This document shows, in pieces, positions 9,010 to 18,485 of a DNA stretch of 64,000 nt. The stretch's first letter is position 1, and each line of letters begins with the position of its first letter. The position numbers and the translations under genes are program-made. Where the stretch lies: positions 352,001 to 416,000 of the forward strand of contig CAVZRV010000031.1 in NCBI GenBank assembly GCA_963777605.1. Reading direction: 5' to 3'. Below the pieces are notes generated by a model. It was not told the origin of the DNA. It did not search any database and saw only the letters and a program-made list of their open reading frames with translations. Source of the DNA: an uncultured Acidobacteriota bacterium. Lineage in GTDB: Bacteria > Acidobacteriota > UBA6911 > RPQK01 > JAPXNP01.

Positions 9010-10260
9010 ATGAAAGGAACATGCCACGGTTGGGCCGGAACAGCAGTCGCCGTCGGAATCCTTTTCCTCGAACCGGGCCTGTGCCAGGTCAAGCCCACCG
9101 GCTCACCTGACTCCCGGTCACCTACCGTGACTCACCACCGCCGGGATTTGTCCAGCAGTTCGGTCAACCTGATCGGGAAAGTGGTCACGGAGACCGGTGA
9201 GGCGCCCAGCCAGTTGGTCCAGGTTGACCTGGTCTGTAATGGAAGGATCAAGCTGCAGACCCTGACCCTGCCCGACGGCAGCTTCTCCATGGACCTCGGT
9301 GCTCCCCGCAATAATGACTGGCTGGACCCGAGCATGGGAGGCAGCTATGACGGTACGCTTCAGACGGTCGGCTCTCTCGCCAACCCGGGTGCCGGTCGAG
9401 TGCTGAATCGCGGGGAACCGAGTGCGCCGGACCGGGTCGAACTGGGAGGCTGCGAGCTGCACGTAGCACCGAAGGCCGGCTTCACCTCGGACTCGATACC
9501 CTTGCGATCGCGCGATCCCATGGAAAACCCGGATGTCGGGGTTCTGGTCCTGAGACGCATTTCCGGGACAGGTGCGACAACGGTGAGTCTCAACACCTTG
9601 TCGGCTCCAGGCAAATCCCAGGAGGGATTCCGAAAGGCGATCGAGGAGCTTGACCGCGACAAACCCGATCTGAAGAAGGCTTCCCAGCTTCTCGATGACG
9701 CGATCGACAAGTATCCCCGCTTCTCGGCAGCCTGGGAGTTGCTGGCGCGCATCCAGCTCGCTCAGGACAAAAACTCGGAAGCGCGAAGCTCCCTGTTGAA
9801 AGCAATCGAAGCTGAACCCGGTTTCCTTTCTCCCTACCTGGTGCTCGCCCAGATCTCGATTCAACACAGTGACTGGTCGGAAACTGTGGATTGGACCGGC
9901 AAGGTACTGTCCCTTGACGGCAGCCACCCAACCGCACTCTATTGGAACGGCCTTGCCCATTACTACCTGGGCCGATTGAACCGCGCGGAGCAACCGCTGT
10001 CCCGGCTTTACGCCGGGAGCAGCGAAATGGAACTCAAATATCCTTTCGGCCTTCTTCCCTTGGGAGTAATTCATGCCAACCAGGGCCGGATCCAGGAGGC
10101 TGGACGGGAACTGAATCGGTATCTGGAGGTCATGCCTCCGGAACGGATCTCGCCTGAACAACGAAGGCAGCTCACAACCCAAATCGCATCGTGGGAAAGC
10201 GCAGGTCTCCTGGAAACGGAGACGCCGGAAAGCACGGTCGCCCAGACTTCCCCGAAATAG
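9010..10260 (+). CDS. Secreted tetratricopeptide-repeat protein with N-terminal beta-sandwich
   Basis: Signal-like N-terminus; TVSLNTLSAP linker followed by TPRs (AIDKYPRFSAAWELLA, AIEAEPGFLSPYLVLA, ALYWNGLAHY). Confidence 0.85.
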   Translation: MKGTCHGWAGTAVAVGILFLEPGLCQVKPTGSPDSRSPTVTHHRRDLSSSSVNLIGKVVTETGEAPSQLVQVDLVCNGRIKLQTLTLPDGSFSMDLGAPRNNDWLDPSMGGSYDGTLQTVGSLANPGAGRVLNRGEPSAPDRVELGGCELHVAPKAGFTSDSIPLRSRDPMENPDVGVLVLRRISGTGATTVSLNTLSAPGKSQEGFRKAIEELDRDKPDLKKASQLLDDAIDKYPRFSAAWELLARIQLAQDKNSEARSSLLKAIEAEPGFLSPYLVLAQISIQHSDWSETVDWTGKVLSLDGSHPTALYWNGLAHYYLGRLNRAEQPLSRLYAGSSEMELKYPFGLLPLGVIHANQGRIQEAGRELNRYLEVMPPERISPEQRRQLTTQIASWESAGLLETETPESTVAQTSPK

Positions 10261-10275
10261 TGCAGGATTGATCAT

Positions 10276-12701
10276 TCAATCTTGGTCAATCGCAGGCTTC
10301 GGGCCGCCCATCCGGGCACCCTTAAACACCACCTCGGGGCCCATTCCCTCGGGCACCTCCCATAACGGATCCCCGGACTCCGTTTCGACGACTTCCTCGG
10401 CTCTCGTGCCGGTGACGCAGTCGAACCAGATCAGCTGGTAATTCCCCTTGGGGAGACCTTTCAAGCCGAGTCGGCCTCCAGCATTCGAGGAATAGGCTAT
10501 GAATCGGCCGTCCGCGGCCGCCAGGACGTATTCAGTAGTACCAAGGGCGCGTTCATCCCGGGGTTCGAGCCCGGTAAGATCAACCGCTTCAAAAAAGCGG
10601 GCCAGGTTGCCGAGATCGAGCAGGGCTTCCGGCTCAGTGGTTTGGACATCCATACCCAACACCATGACGTAGGCCCCTCCCATCGCTGCCGCCCAGCTTC
10701 GCAGCCGTGCATTCTCCCGGTCTCCCGGCCGATAGTGTCCAGCCAGTTCCGACATGTTCAGGTTGAATTTGCCTCCGGCGGCATTCCAGGCTTCGACAAC
10801 CTTCTCGTGGACTGCTTTTGGATCGAGGGCCGTCTTGCCGGTCTCTCCGAGCTGCATGGCGAACTGGTCAATCGACGGCTCTCCCGCAAACTCGCTGAAG
10901 TCGGTACCCGTGAGCTTGTGAACAGCGATCGGGTGTCCGAAGCGGTCGATCGACCGGATCAGCCGGGTCACCTGGACCACCTGGTCGGGTGTAAACCCCT
11001 CCTGGTACTCCTCCGCCACGCACCAGATCAGGTTGCGATGGTATTGGAAGCGATTTACCAGGGTTCGGATCAGGCCAAGTTCCTCCTCGGACAGCGGGGC
11101 CCGGGGGCCGGCGATCCGCGCATTGTCATCGAACAGAATGAAGAAGGTGGTCACCCCGCTCCGATCGAGGAGCGTGAACCACCGATCCCACTGATCGAGA
11201 ACGGCCTGGTTGATTCCCTTCGAAGGGTCGTGATCGATGAAGGGATTCTGGGTTTCGTCGCCGTCACCGCCGTGAGACCGGACAGCCATCACGTATATGG
11301 AATTGGCTCCAGTCCCGGTCATCTTTGCGATCAGCTCCATCTGGTCCCCGGTGCGGGTCCCGTCCGGATTGAGTTCTCCCCGATAGAGAAAGCCCTCCGG
11401 ATCACCGGGTCCGGCCATAAAGAAAGGACTCCCGTTTCGGCGAGTCAGCCAGGATGGCCGGGCCGGATCGGGAACGATCTCGTTATGCCCCGGCTCCGGG
11501 CCCGTCCCCTGCCATTCCTTCGGATCCACTGCCGCAAACAACTTTGCCAGGAAAGTCTGTTCCACCTCGTTCCACGTCCGATTGTCGGAACGAGCCGCCC
11601 GGAGCGCGATCAAGTTGAGTTCCGGAACGACAAATGCCCAGTTCAGCCCGGACCCGGCGATTCGGAACATGGTCGCCGGGTACCGGCCGAAGAACCCGTC
11701 CACGTTCGAGCGGAGATTCGGATAGCGGCTGGAGAGCCGGAACCGCTGGATCCACCCGTCCGGAACCAGTTGTTTCGCCGTCCCACTCGCCGTCATGAAG
11801 CAGGAAATAGGCGAACCGGGCGTAGTCCCTCGGAGTCATGCGCAGTCCGCCGGCGCTGAACCATTTCAGGTCGTCGCTGGGAGGGGCGTGAAAGTCGATG
11901 CCCGAGAAGCCGATCGGCTGGAGCAGCCGGTCCCACAGAAATTGGTGAGCCGGAATCCCGTAGACGTTGCTCAAGACCAGTCCGATGTGCCCAAATCCGA
12001 CACTGGAGTAGCCACCCGAATACTCGCCCCAGACTTCCTTCCCGGCCCACCCCTCCGGATGTCCCGGAGTAAAGTAGATCTTTCCCGGTGGAAGGCCAGT
12101 GGGCATCATGTCCCACGATCCATTCCCGGTAGTCGGTCCACTCGTTGCGGCCCTGTTCAATGGCTTCGCCCGTGCCGGTCCGTTCGGGACAGAGCCCAGA
12201 GGTGTGCCGGAAGATCTCTTCGAAGGTAATCCCCGCTTTTTGCGGATCGGACAGGGGAAACCCTTCCGGCAGCCAGCGCTTGTCGTAAACCCGGTCTTCC
12301 GGATAGATCTTCAGATCGATCTTGCTGGTCTGGCTGTCGCGGACCATGATCCCGAAACAGCTCATCGCAAAGGATTTGCCGTTTGAAGAAATGTAGGTCT
12401 TGAAGTCGCGGGCCTCTGGGGTGTTGTACCACTCGCCGATGATCCAACCGTCCTTGATGACGATCGTCCCCTTGTAGTCGCTGTAGGGCTTCCAATTGCC
12501 GTTGGGGACGGACTGGCTGTAGCGTCCCAGTTCCTCCAGTCGTTCGGGATCGATACCGAGCGACCGGATGAAATCAGGATCGGTATTCTTCCTCCATCCC
12601 CCGTCATGCTCGGACGGGGGATAATACACCGCGTCCCCGCACGAGGTTCCCACGAAGAGCGCAACCAAGAACAACATCGTCAAGAACCGCAACCACACCA
12701 T
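10276..12701 (-). CDS. Serine hydrolase (class C beta-lactamase-like) fused to a DUF4038-like / putative collagen-binding C-terminal region; two frameshifts
   Basis: Three ORFs join: SxxK (SNGKSF) and HTSGL in 11793-12701; YS and GGLRMTPRDYARF..DGEWDG in 11483-12160; KQLVPDGWI then PFFMAGPGDPEGF...NLIWCVAEE...WFDCVTG in 10276-11796. Shifts near 12090 and 11775. Confidence 0.8.
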
Positions 12702-12844
12702 TCATTAACTCCCGGACACTAAAGATGGCACAAGCAGAATCACGGGAAACGCTCCCCATCAAAAAGCCATTTCCCGAACTTATCGAGCAGGACTCATCAA
12801 AAATACCGCAAAGAACGAACGGCGCAAGCAGGACACAGGCGAGC

Positions 12845-13115
12845 CCTATGTGCCGGAAGCGGAAGCTTCCGCTTTTGCCAGTCCGCAGCTACCACCGGAC
12901 ACGGGAAGGAAGCGAAGGCTTCCGTTGCCTCCCTAGGCTCGCACTTCGGTTTCGCCCTTCGACATTCGCCATTCGCGTTCGGAATTCCAAATTCCACACG
13001 ACGGGGCCGAACGACTGGAAAGTTCGCTCGAAGGGGTCAGCGCGAGGGAAGCTCTCGCTTCCCCGGTAACGGGCCGGGGGCGGCAAAACGGAAGCTGTCG
13101 TTTCCGCACTTCTCC
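12845..13115. repeat. Composite REPIN-like element, copy 1 (four GGAAGC-n4/5-GCTTCC palindromes around a TTCG heptamer array)
   Basis: GGAAGCGGAAGCTTCCGCTTT, GGAAGCGAAGGCTTCC, heptamers at 12938-12998, GGGAAGCTCTCGCTTCCC, CGGAAGCTGTCGTTTCCGCAC; colinear with 14243-14520. Confidence 0.85.
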
Positions 13116-14158
13116 ACATGGTGGGGGGACAGACCGCTGGAGGTTGCCGATGGGGAAGAACGGAGACTCTCGATGAAGTCCGCTTTCATCCAGTATATGT
13201 CACGACTGCCCCCTCCGGGCATGCTGCCGGCAGGGGGAATCCCCGGGGGTAGTTGCACGTTGGTGACCCGATTGCTGGTGAAGAAGAAGTAGCGGCCCTC
13301 AATGGTGATCGAAGGGTGACTTTCCTCGGCATCACTGTTGATCCGGGGACCAAGATTCACCGCAACTCCCCAACTGCCCGAGTCGTCGCGGAAGCTGATG
13401 TATAAGTCACCTTCGCCGCAGCCTCCCTCCCGGTCGGAGACAAAGATCAGGCAGCTCTCGTCGGGAGCGACGAATGGTGAATACTCCCGATACTCGCTGT
13501 TAACCGGTTCCGGCAGGCGGACTGCGGACTTGAATTCAGATTCGAGCCACCGAGCGACATAGAGGTCGCCATCAGACAGGTTCGAGGGGTCACTTCGGGC
13601 AAAGTAGAGGTCGCCTGATCGAGTCAGCGACGGGTTGCTTTCACTCTGTCGCGAGTTGACCGCCGAACCCAAAAGCGCCGGATCGCCCCACTCGCCGGAT
13701 TCGAAGCGACTCTTCCAGATTTCCTCGCCGGCCCCATCCGGCTGCAATGATTTCGCAGTCAGATAGAACCACTCTCCGTCGGGAGCCAAGGCGAGATCCA
13801 GGATGATGGAGCCTGGTCCGAGAGGTTGAAGCGGGACTGGAGGCTGCCACCTTCCGTCCCGGTCTTCGAGCAACAAGACCTTACCGACCCCGTCCTGCAC
13901 GGTCCGCCAAAGAAAAGTGCGGGCTCCCTGTACGAAGATCGAGCAACCCTCGTCGGCGCCCGTGGATATCTTGCCCGGCAGAAAAATGGAAGGGGCGTCT
14001 CCGGCAACCTGCCCCATATAGGGACCGCGGAGGGGGTGAAAGCGTTCCTGCCCTCGAGGTTCGGAACCTTGCGGCTCGCTGACCGCACTCTGAGCCACAA
14101 CCAACGAACTCGATGCCGCGAGGATGGTTCCAAAGACAAAGCCGGAGACAAGCCGCAT
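13037..14158 (-). CDS. Secreted TolB-like / PD40 (WD40-like) beta-propeller protein
   Basis: Signal peptide; GPYMGQ..FLPGKIST; repeats VNSEYREYSPFVAPDESCLIFVSDR, DLYISFR, INSDAEESHP, DIYW. The C-terminus runs into the repeat element. Confidence 0.88.
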   Translation of the reverse strand: MRLVSGFVFGTILAASSSLVVAQSAVSEPQGSEPRGQERFHPLRGPYMGQVAGDAPSIFLPGKISTGADEGCSIFVQGARTFLWRTVQDGVGKVLLLEDRDGRWQPPVPLQPLGPGSIILDLALAPDGEWFYLTAKSLQPDGAGEEIWKSRFESGEWGDPALLGSAVNSRQSESNPSLTRSGDLYFARSDPSNLSDGDLYVARWLESEFKSAVRLPEPVNSEYREYSPFVAPDESCLIFVSDREGGCGEGDLYISFRDDSGSWGVAVNLGPRINSDAEESHPSITIEGRYFFFTSNRVTNVQLPPGIPPAGSMPGGGSRDIYWMKADFIESLRSSPSATSSGLSPHHVEKCGNDSFRFAAPGPLPGKRELPSR

Positions 14159-14242
14159 TCTTACCTCCCTCAACCATTCCACGAATCCGGGAAGCAATAG
14201 TTCCGATCACCGGCGTTTGCGACCCCGCGAAGCCGCTCCCCC

Positions 14243-14520
14243 CATATGGAGTGTCGGAAGCGACAGCTTCCGCTTTTTCCGCTCACGAAAAGTCAACAGA
14301 CACAGCCAGGAAGCGATAGCTTCCGTTGCCACCCTTTGTCGTTCGCACTTCGCACTTCGGTTTCCCACTTCGCCTTCGTCCTTCGACTTCGCCGTTCACC
14401 ATTCAAACTTCCCACGTTCCACACGGCGGGAGCACGGCATTACTGAAAGGGAAGCTCTCGCTTCCCCGGCAACGGGCCGGGGACGGCAAAGCGGAACCTC
14501 TCGGTTCCGCACCCCAAATG
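14243..14520. repeat. Composite REPIN-like element, copy 2
   Basis: GGAGTGTCGGAAGCGACAGCTTCCGCTTT ... AAAGCGGAACCTCTCGGTTCCGCACCCC outer inverted pair; inner palindrome pair; TTCG heptamers at 14342-14424. Confidence 0.85.
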
Positions 14521-14541
14521 GTTCGGTGGCAAATCCCGGCT

Positions 14542-14575
14542 TGGGGACGGACCCCCACGGATGGGGACGGACCCC
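14542..14575 (+). repeat. Tandem pair of TGGGGACGGACCCC REP-like motifs
   Basis: Exact 14-mer at 14542 and 14562; same motif as next to the RAYT gene. Confidence 0.8.
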
Positions 14576-14597
14576 GGCGGCAGGAGAACGGTTCGCC

Positions 14598-15161
14598 CTA
14601 ACTCTGCTTGGGATCGCCGAATGAACGCTGGAACATCTCTCGGAGCGCCTGGCGGCCATCCTCGCTCAGGTTCCGGGTCCCGGTTCCGGCAAACGTCTTG
14701 TCCCGGATGACCGGCTCTTCGGGCACCCACTGGTGATCTTGCCAGGCGTACCAGGCCTGAGATCCCTGATCATAGAGGTGCAGCGGACGGTTGAAGAGCT
14801 TGGCCAGTTCGACACCCCACCCGGTGCCGCCCTTGACCGTGTTGTCCGGCTGTTTCCAGCCCACGGCGATGACATGGTAGCCATTGTTGACCATATGAAA
14901 GATGGACTGGATCACCTTGCGAATCTTGTCCGCCCGGCTGTAGTTTCGTTTCATTCGAGTGGAGACAATAGCCATGCTCACGTCGCCCCGGTCCAGTTCT
15001 TCCGTGGTCAATTGCCGAATCCCGCGGGTGCGCTCCATCTGATGACCTTCAAAGGAGAAATTCACTTCGGCGATTCCCCACTCTTCGGCCAGCCTGCCGA
15101 ATTCCGCCTCGGCCCCTTTGTGAGCTCCACTAAAAAGAGTGACTTCTGAACGATTTACCAT
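14598..15161 (-). CDS. Conserved hypothetical protein, possibly SLOG (DprA/YpsA/MoCo-carrier-like) fold
   Basis: 188 codons from ATG 15161; LFSGAHKGAE and KGGTGWGVELAK..RPLHLYDQ are typical SLOG-like motifs. Fold assignment is inference. Confidence 0.7.
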   Translation of the reverse strand: MVNRSEVTLFSGAHKGAEAEFGRLAEEWGIAEVNFSFEGHQMERTRGIRQLTTEELDRGDVSMAIVSTRMKRNYSRADKIRKVIQSIFHMVNNGYHVIAVGWKQPDNTVKGGTGWGVELAKLFNRPLHLYDQGSQAWYAWQDHQWVPEEPVIRDKTFAGTGTRNLSEDGRQALREMFQRSFGDPKQS

Positions 15162-15379
15162 GATTAATTCTCCAAATTCACAATTCCGGACGAGTATGCA
15201 CACGTCCGGCTGTCTAACCTTTTTCTCTTCCTGGAACAGTATGAACCCCGGGCGCCTGCACGGGAACTGTTCGAAGGCACGGGACCTTTCCAATCCCGCT
15301 TTCGAAAACGGCGGCGCCAGATAAACGAACAGCGGCCGCGAGGAAAACAAGTATTATACGCCCATTGGTGATCCGATGC

Positions 15380-15700
15380 GACAAGTGGCACCTTCCATCG
15401 GGAACCGGGGCAGTCGACAACGCGGTAGGATCCGCCACCGTTATGGAGGCGGTGCGGATTCTCAAGGCCCCGGCATCCAGCCTCGCCGGGCCATCCGAAT
15501 CGCGCTCTGGGGAGGAGAGGAACAGGGCTACTAAGGATTACAGATTGCGTGAAGGCACATTCCGTGAACCCGGGAGCGCTCGCGGAAGCCCTCCAGCAGG
15601 CCGCCGGGATCATCGCGGGTTCGTCTACCAGACCGCGATGCGGAACGAGATACTGCCCCGCGCATCTCTTCCCAAACCCGCGCCGAAGCCTCGATCGCCC
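15380..15700 (+). pseudogene. Internally deleted remnant of an M28 (carboxypeptidase Q-like) peptidase
   Basis: SGTGAVDNAVGSATVMEAVRILKA / GIQPRRAIRIALWGGEEQG then a stop, followed closely by C-terminal ALQQAAGIIA / FVYQTAMRNEILPRASLP, in three frames. Confidence 0.8.
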
Positions 15701-15811
15701 ACCGGGTCCCGGCACATCGTTGCCTCGATTGGCGTTTTTGCCGGGTAGGGTGGAGAATGGGGTCCAGGCAGGACCGTGACCTGCCCTCTGGGAGCGAATC
15801 ACCGGGCGGCG

Positions 15812-16489
15812 ATGAGACAATATCGGGCGAAGTACTACGATTGGTTCTCCCATTTCTATGATCGCTTCGTGGCACTCCACTCGCACGATCGGCAGGGAAC
15901 GCTGCGAAAGGAGTTGGCTTCCGCAACGGGCCTGAGACCTGGCGAACTGGTTTTGGATTTGTGCACGGGAACGGGAGCGCAACTTCCGGAACTGCTCACC
16001 CAGGTCGCTGCTGACGGTCGGGTGATCGGACTCGATTTCTCGAGGGGAATGCTGGCTCGCGCGCAATCCAAGTCATGGAACCAACTCGCCGTCTGCCTTG
16101 TGCAGGCCGACGTGGCGGCTCTCCCTTTTGAACCTTGTGTTTTTGACGCCGTCACCTGCTCACATGCCTTCTACGAACTCTCGGGTGAGGCTTCGGCGCG
16201 CAGCTTGCGCGAGGTGAAGCGTGTCCTCAAGCCGGGCAAGCCGTTCTTGATGGCGGAACATGACATCCCGGCCGGACGAATCACCCGGATCCTCTTCTAC
16301 ATCCGGATCTATTCAATGGGCCGGCGGCGGTCGCTTGAAATCCTGCAAGATGAAGAGGGCTTCTTTCGGAAATACTTCGGTCGCGTGAAGAAGATCACCC
16401 CACCGGGGGGGAGGTCAAAGATCCTGATCTGCACTACGGCTCCAAGGAGTGAAGCAGCAGGAGTTCCCAGCACTGGGAACTCCACGTAG
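15812..16489 (+). CDS. Class I SAM-dependent methyltransferase (UbiE-like)
   Basis: VLDLCTGTG, GLDFSRGML, LPFEPCVFDAVTCS, RVLKPG. Confidence 0.9.
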   Translation: MRQYRAKYYDWFSHFYDRFVALHSHDRQGTLRKELASATGLRPGELVLDLCTGTGAQLPELLTQVAADGRVIGLDFSRGMLARAQSKSWNQLAVCLVQADVAALPFEPCVFDAVTCSHAFYELSGEASARSLREVKRVLKPGKPFLMAEHDIPAGRITRILFYIRIYSMGRRRSLEILQDEEGFFRKYFGRVKKITPPGGRSKILICTTAPRSEAAGVPSTGNST

Positions 16490-16582
16490 AATCGGTGCGG
16501 AGAACCGGCGGATAACGGGCAGGCACAGTACCAAGGGGCGTCGGCTACGGTCCGGCGGAACTGGGCAAGGGGCAACCGATCC

Positions 16583-18340
16583 ATGAAAAACTTTGCAGTG
16601 CTCGCTTTCGTCTCGCTTTTCCTGTTGGCTTGTTCCGGTCGAAGCCCCAGTCCCAAGCCGAACATCGTCCTCATCCTGTCGGATGACCAGGGCTGGGGGG
16701 ATTTGAGTGTCAGCGGGAACCGCAATCTCGAGACCCCCAATATCGATCGCCTCGCCCAATCCGGAGTCACTTTCGATCGGTTCTACGTCAGCCCGGTCTG
16801 CTCGCCGACTCGCGCAGAACTGTTGACGGGCCGATATCACGTGAGGGGGGGAGTCTACTCAACCTCCGCCGGCGGCGAGCGCCTGGACCTTGACGAGACA
16901 ACCATCGCAGAAGTCTTCAAGAGTGCGGGCTACGCGACGGCGGCATACGGAAAATGGCATAACGGGATGCAGCCCCCTTATCACCCCAATGCACGCGGAT
17001 TTGACGACTTCTACGGATTCTGCTCGGGCCACTGGGGCAACTACTTCGGCCCGATGCTCGAACACAACGGACAAATCGTGAGGGGGAGCGGATTCATTAC
17101 CGACGATCTCTTCGATCACGGAATCCGGTTCATCGAAGAGCACCGGGGGGGACCCTTCCTGCTCTACCTGCCGCTGAACACACCGCACAGCCCGATGCAG
17201 GTTCCCGATCAGTGGTGGGAGAAGTTCGAATCCAGGGAACTCCAACAACGGCACCGCGATCCTGAGAAGGAAGATGTTCAGTTCACCCGAGCGGCCCTTG
17301 CCATGTGCGAAAACATAGACTGGAACGTCGGGCGGCTCTTGGCGAGGATCGACGAGCTGGGTATTTCGGAACAGACGATTGTCGTCTACTTTTCCGACAA
17401 CGGGCCGAACAGCTGGCGCTGGAACGGGGGCATGAAAGGCAGAAAAGGCTCCACAGATGAAGGGGGCGTCCGATCTCCCCTGATCATCAGGTGGAACGGC
17501 CATTTGCAGCCAGGAAAGACAATCACGGAGATAGCAGCCGCAATGGACCTGCTGCCGACCCTGGTCGATATGGCCGGCCTTGATCTCACAACGCCAAAGC
17601 CGCTCGACGGAATCAGTTTGAAGCCCCTCTTATCGGGAAAGTCACCCAACTGGCCCGATCGTTTGATCGTGAGTCACTGGGGCAACCGGACCAGCGTCCG
17701 CAGCCGGCAATTCAGATTGGACGACCAGGATCGGCTCTTCGATATGCAGCGGGATCCAGGTCAGGGTTCCGACGTCTCATCCCGATTTCCGACTGTTGCG
17801 CAGCGCCTGATCCGGGGGAAAGCAGAATGGGAAAGCTCGGTACTCAGCGAACTCCCCGAACATGACGCCCGCCCGTTTCCGATCGGTCATCCCGATTTCA
17901 CCTTCACCCAGTTACCCGCCCGCGATGGTGTCGCTCACGGAAACATCAAGCGATCGAACCAGTTTCCCAACTGCAGTTTCTTTACGAACTGGATCAGCAC
18001 CGAAGACAGCATTGCGTGGGATGTCGAAGTTTTAGAGGAAGGTGACTTCGAGGTGGAACTCCACTACACCTGCCCTGCCCGGGATACTGGTGCAACGATC
18101 GAGTTCAGCCTGGGAACTGCCAAACTGGTCGGAACGGTAACGGACGCTCACGACCCCCCGCTGGAAGGGATGGAAAATGATCGAGTGCCGAGAGGGGAGT
18201 CCTACGTAAAGGATTTCAGGCCGCTGCGGTTGGGCACGATCCACCTCCCAAAAGGGACGGGCACTTTGTCTCTTCGGGCGTTGGAAATCCCCGGGACCCA
18301 AGCCATGGATTTCCGCTTGATCATGTTGCGACGGCTGTAG
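16583..18340 (+). CDS. Arylsulfatase (S1, Cys-type), lipoprotein-like signal
   Basis: PNIVLILSDDQGWGD, CSPTRAELLTGR, GKWH, SDNG; LLAC lipobox. Confidence 0.96.
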   Translation: MKNFAVLAFVSLFLLACSGRSPSPKPNIVLILSDDQGWGDLSVSGNRNLETPNIDRLAQSGVTFDRFYVSPVCSPTRAELLTGRYHVRGGVYSTSAGGERLDLDETTIAEVFKSAGYATAAYGKWHNGMQPPYHPNARGFDDFYGFCSGHWGNYFGPMLEHNGQIVRGSGFITDDLFDHGIRFIEEHRGGPFLLYLPLNTPHSPMQVPDQWWEKFESRELQQRHRDPEKEDVQFTRAALAMCENIDWNVGRLLARIDELGISEQTIVVYFSDNGPNSWRWNGGMKGRKGSTDEGGVRSPLIIRWNGHLQPGKTITEIAAAMDLLPTLVDMAGLDLTTPKPLDGISLKPLLSGKSPNWPDRLIVSHWGNRTSVRSRQFRLDDQDRLFDMQRDPGQGSDVSSRFPTVAQRLIRGKAEWESSVLSELPEHDARPFPIGHPDFTFTQLPARDGVAHGNIKRSNQFPNCSFFTNWISTEDSIAWDVEVLEEGDFEVELHYTCPARDTGATIEFSLGTAKLVGTVTDAHDPPLEGMENDRVPRGESYVKDFRPLRLGTIHLPKGTGTLSLRALEIPGTQAMDFRLIMLRRL

Positions 18341-18485
18341 GCGGGGCCTGTTCCTGCGCGTCTCGACCGGGCAGGGTCCGGAAGGAGCGGAAGCCCCAAA
18401 CTGTTGCCCAGATCGAGGGCAACGATGAATTACTTCCCCAAAATTCCCTTTCGGAAGGTACAATTCGGGAAACCGGGAGGACACC

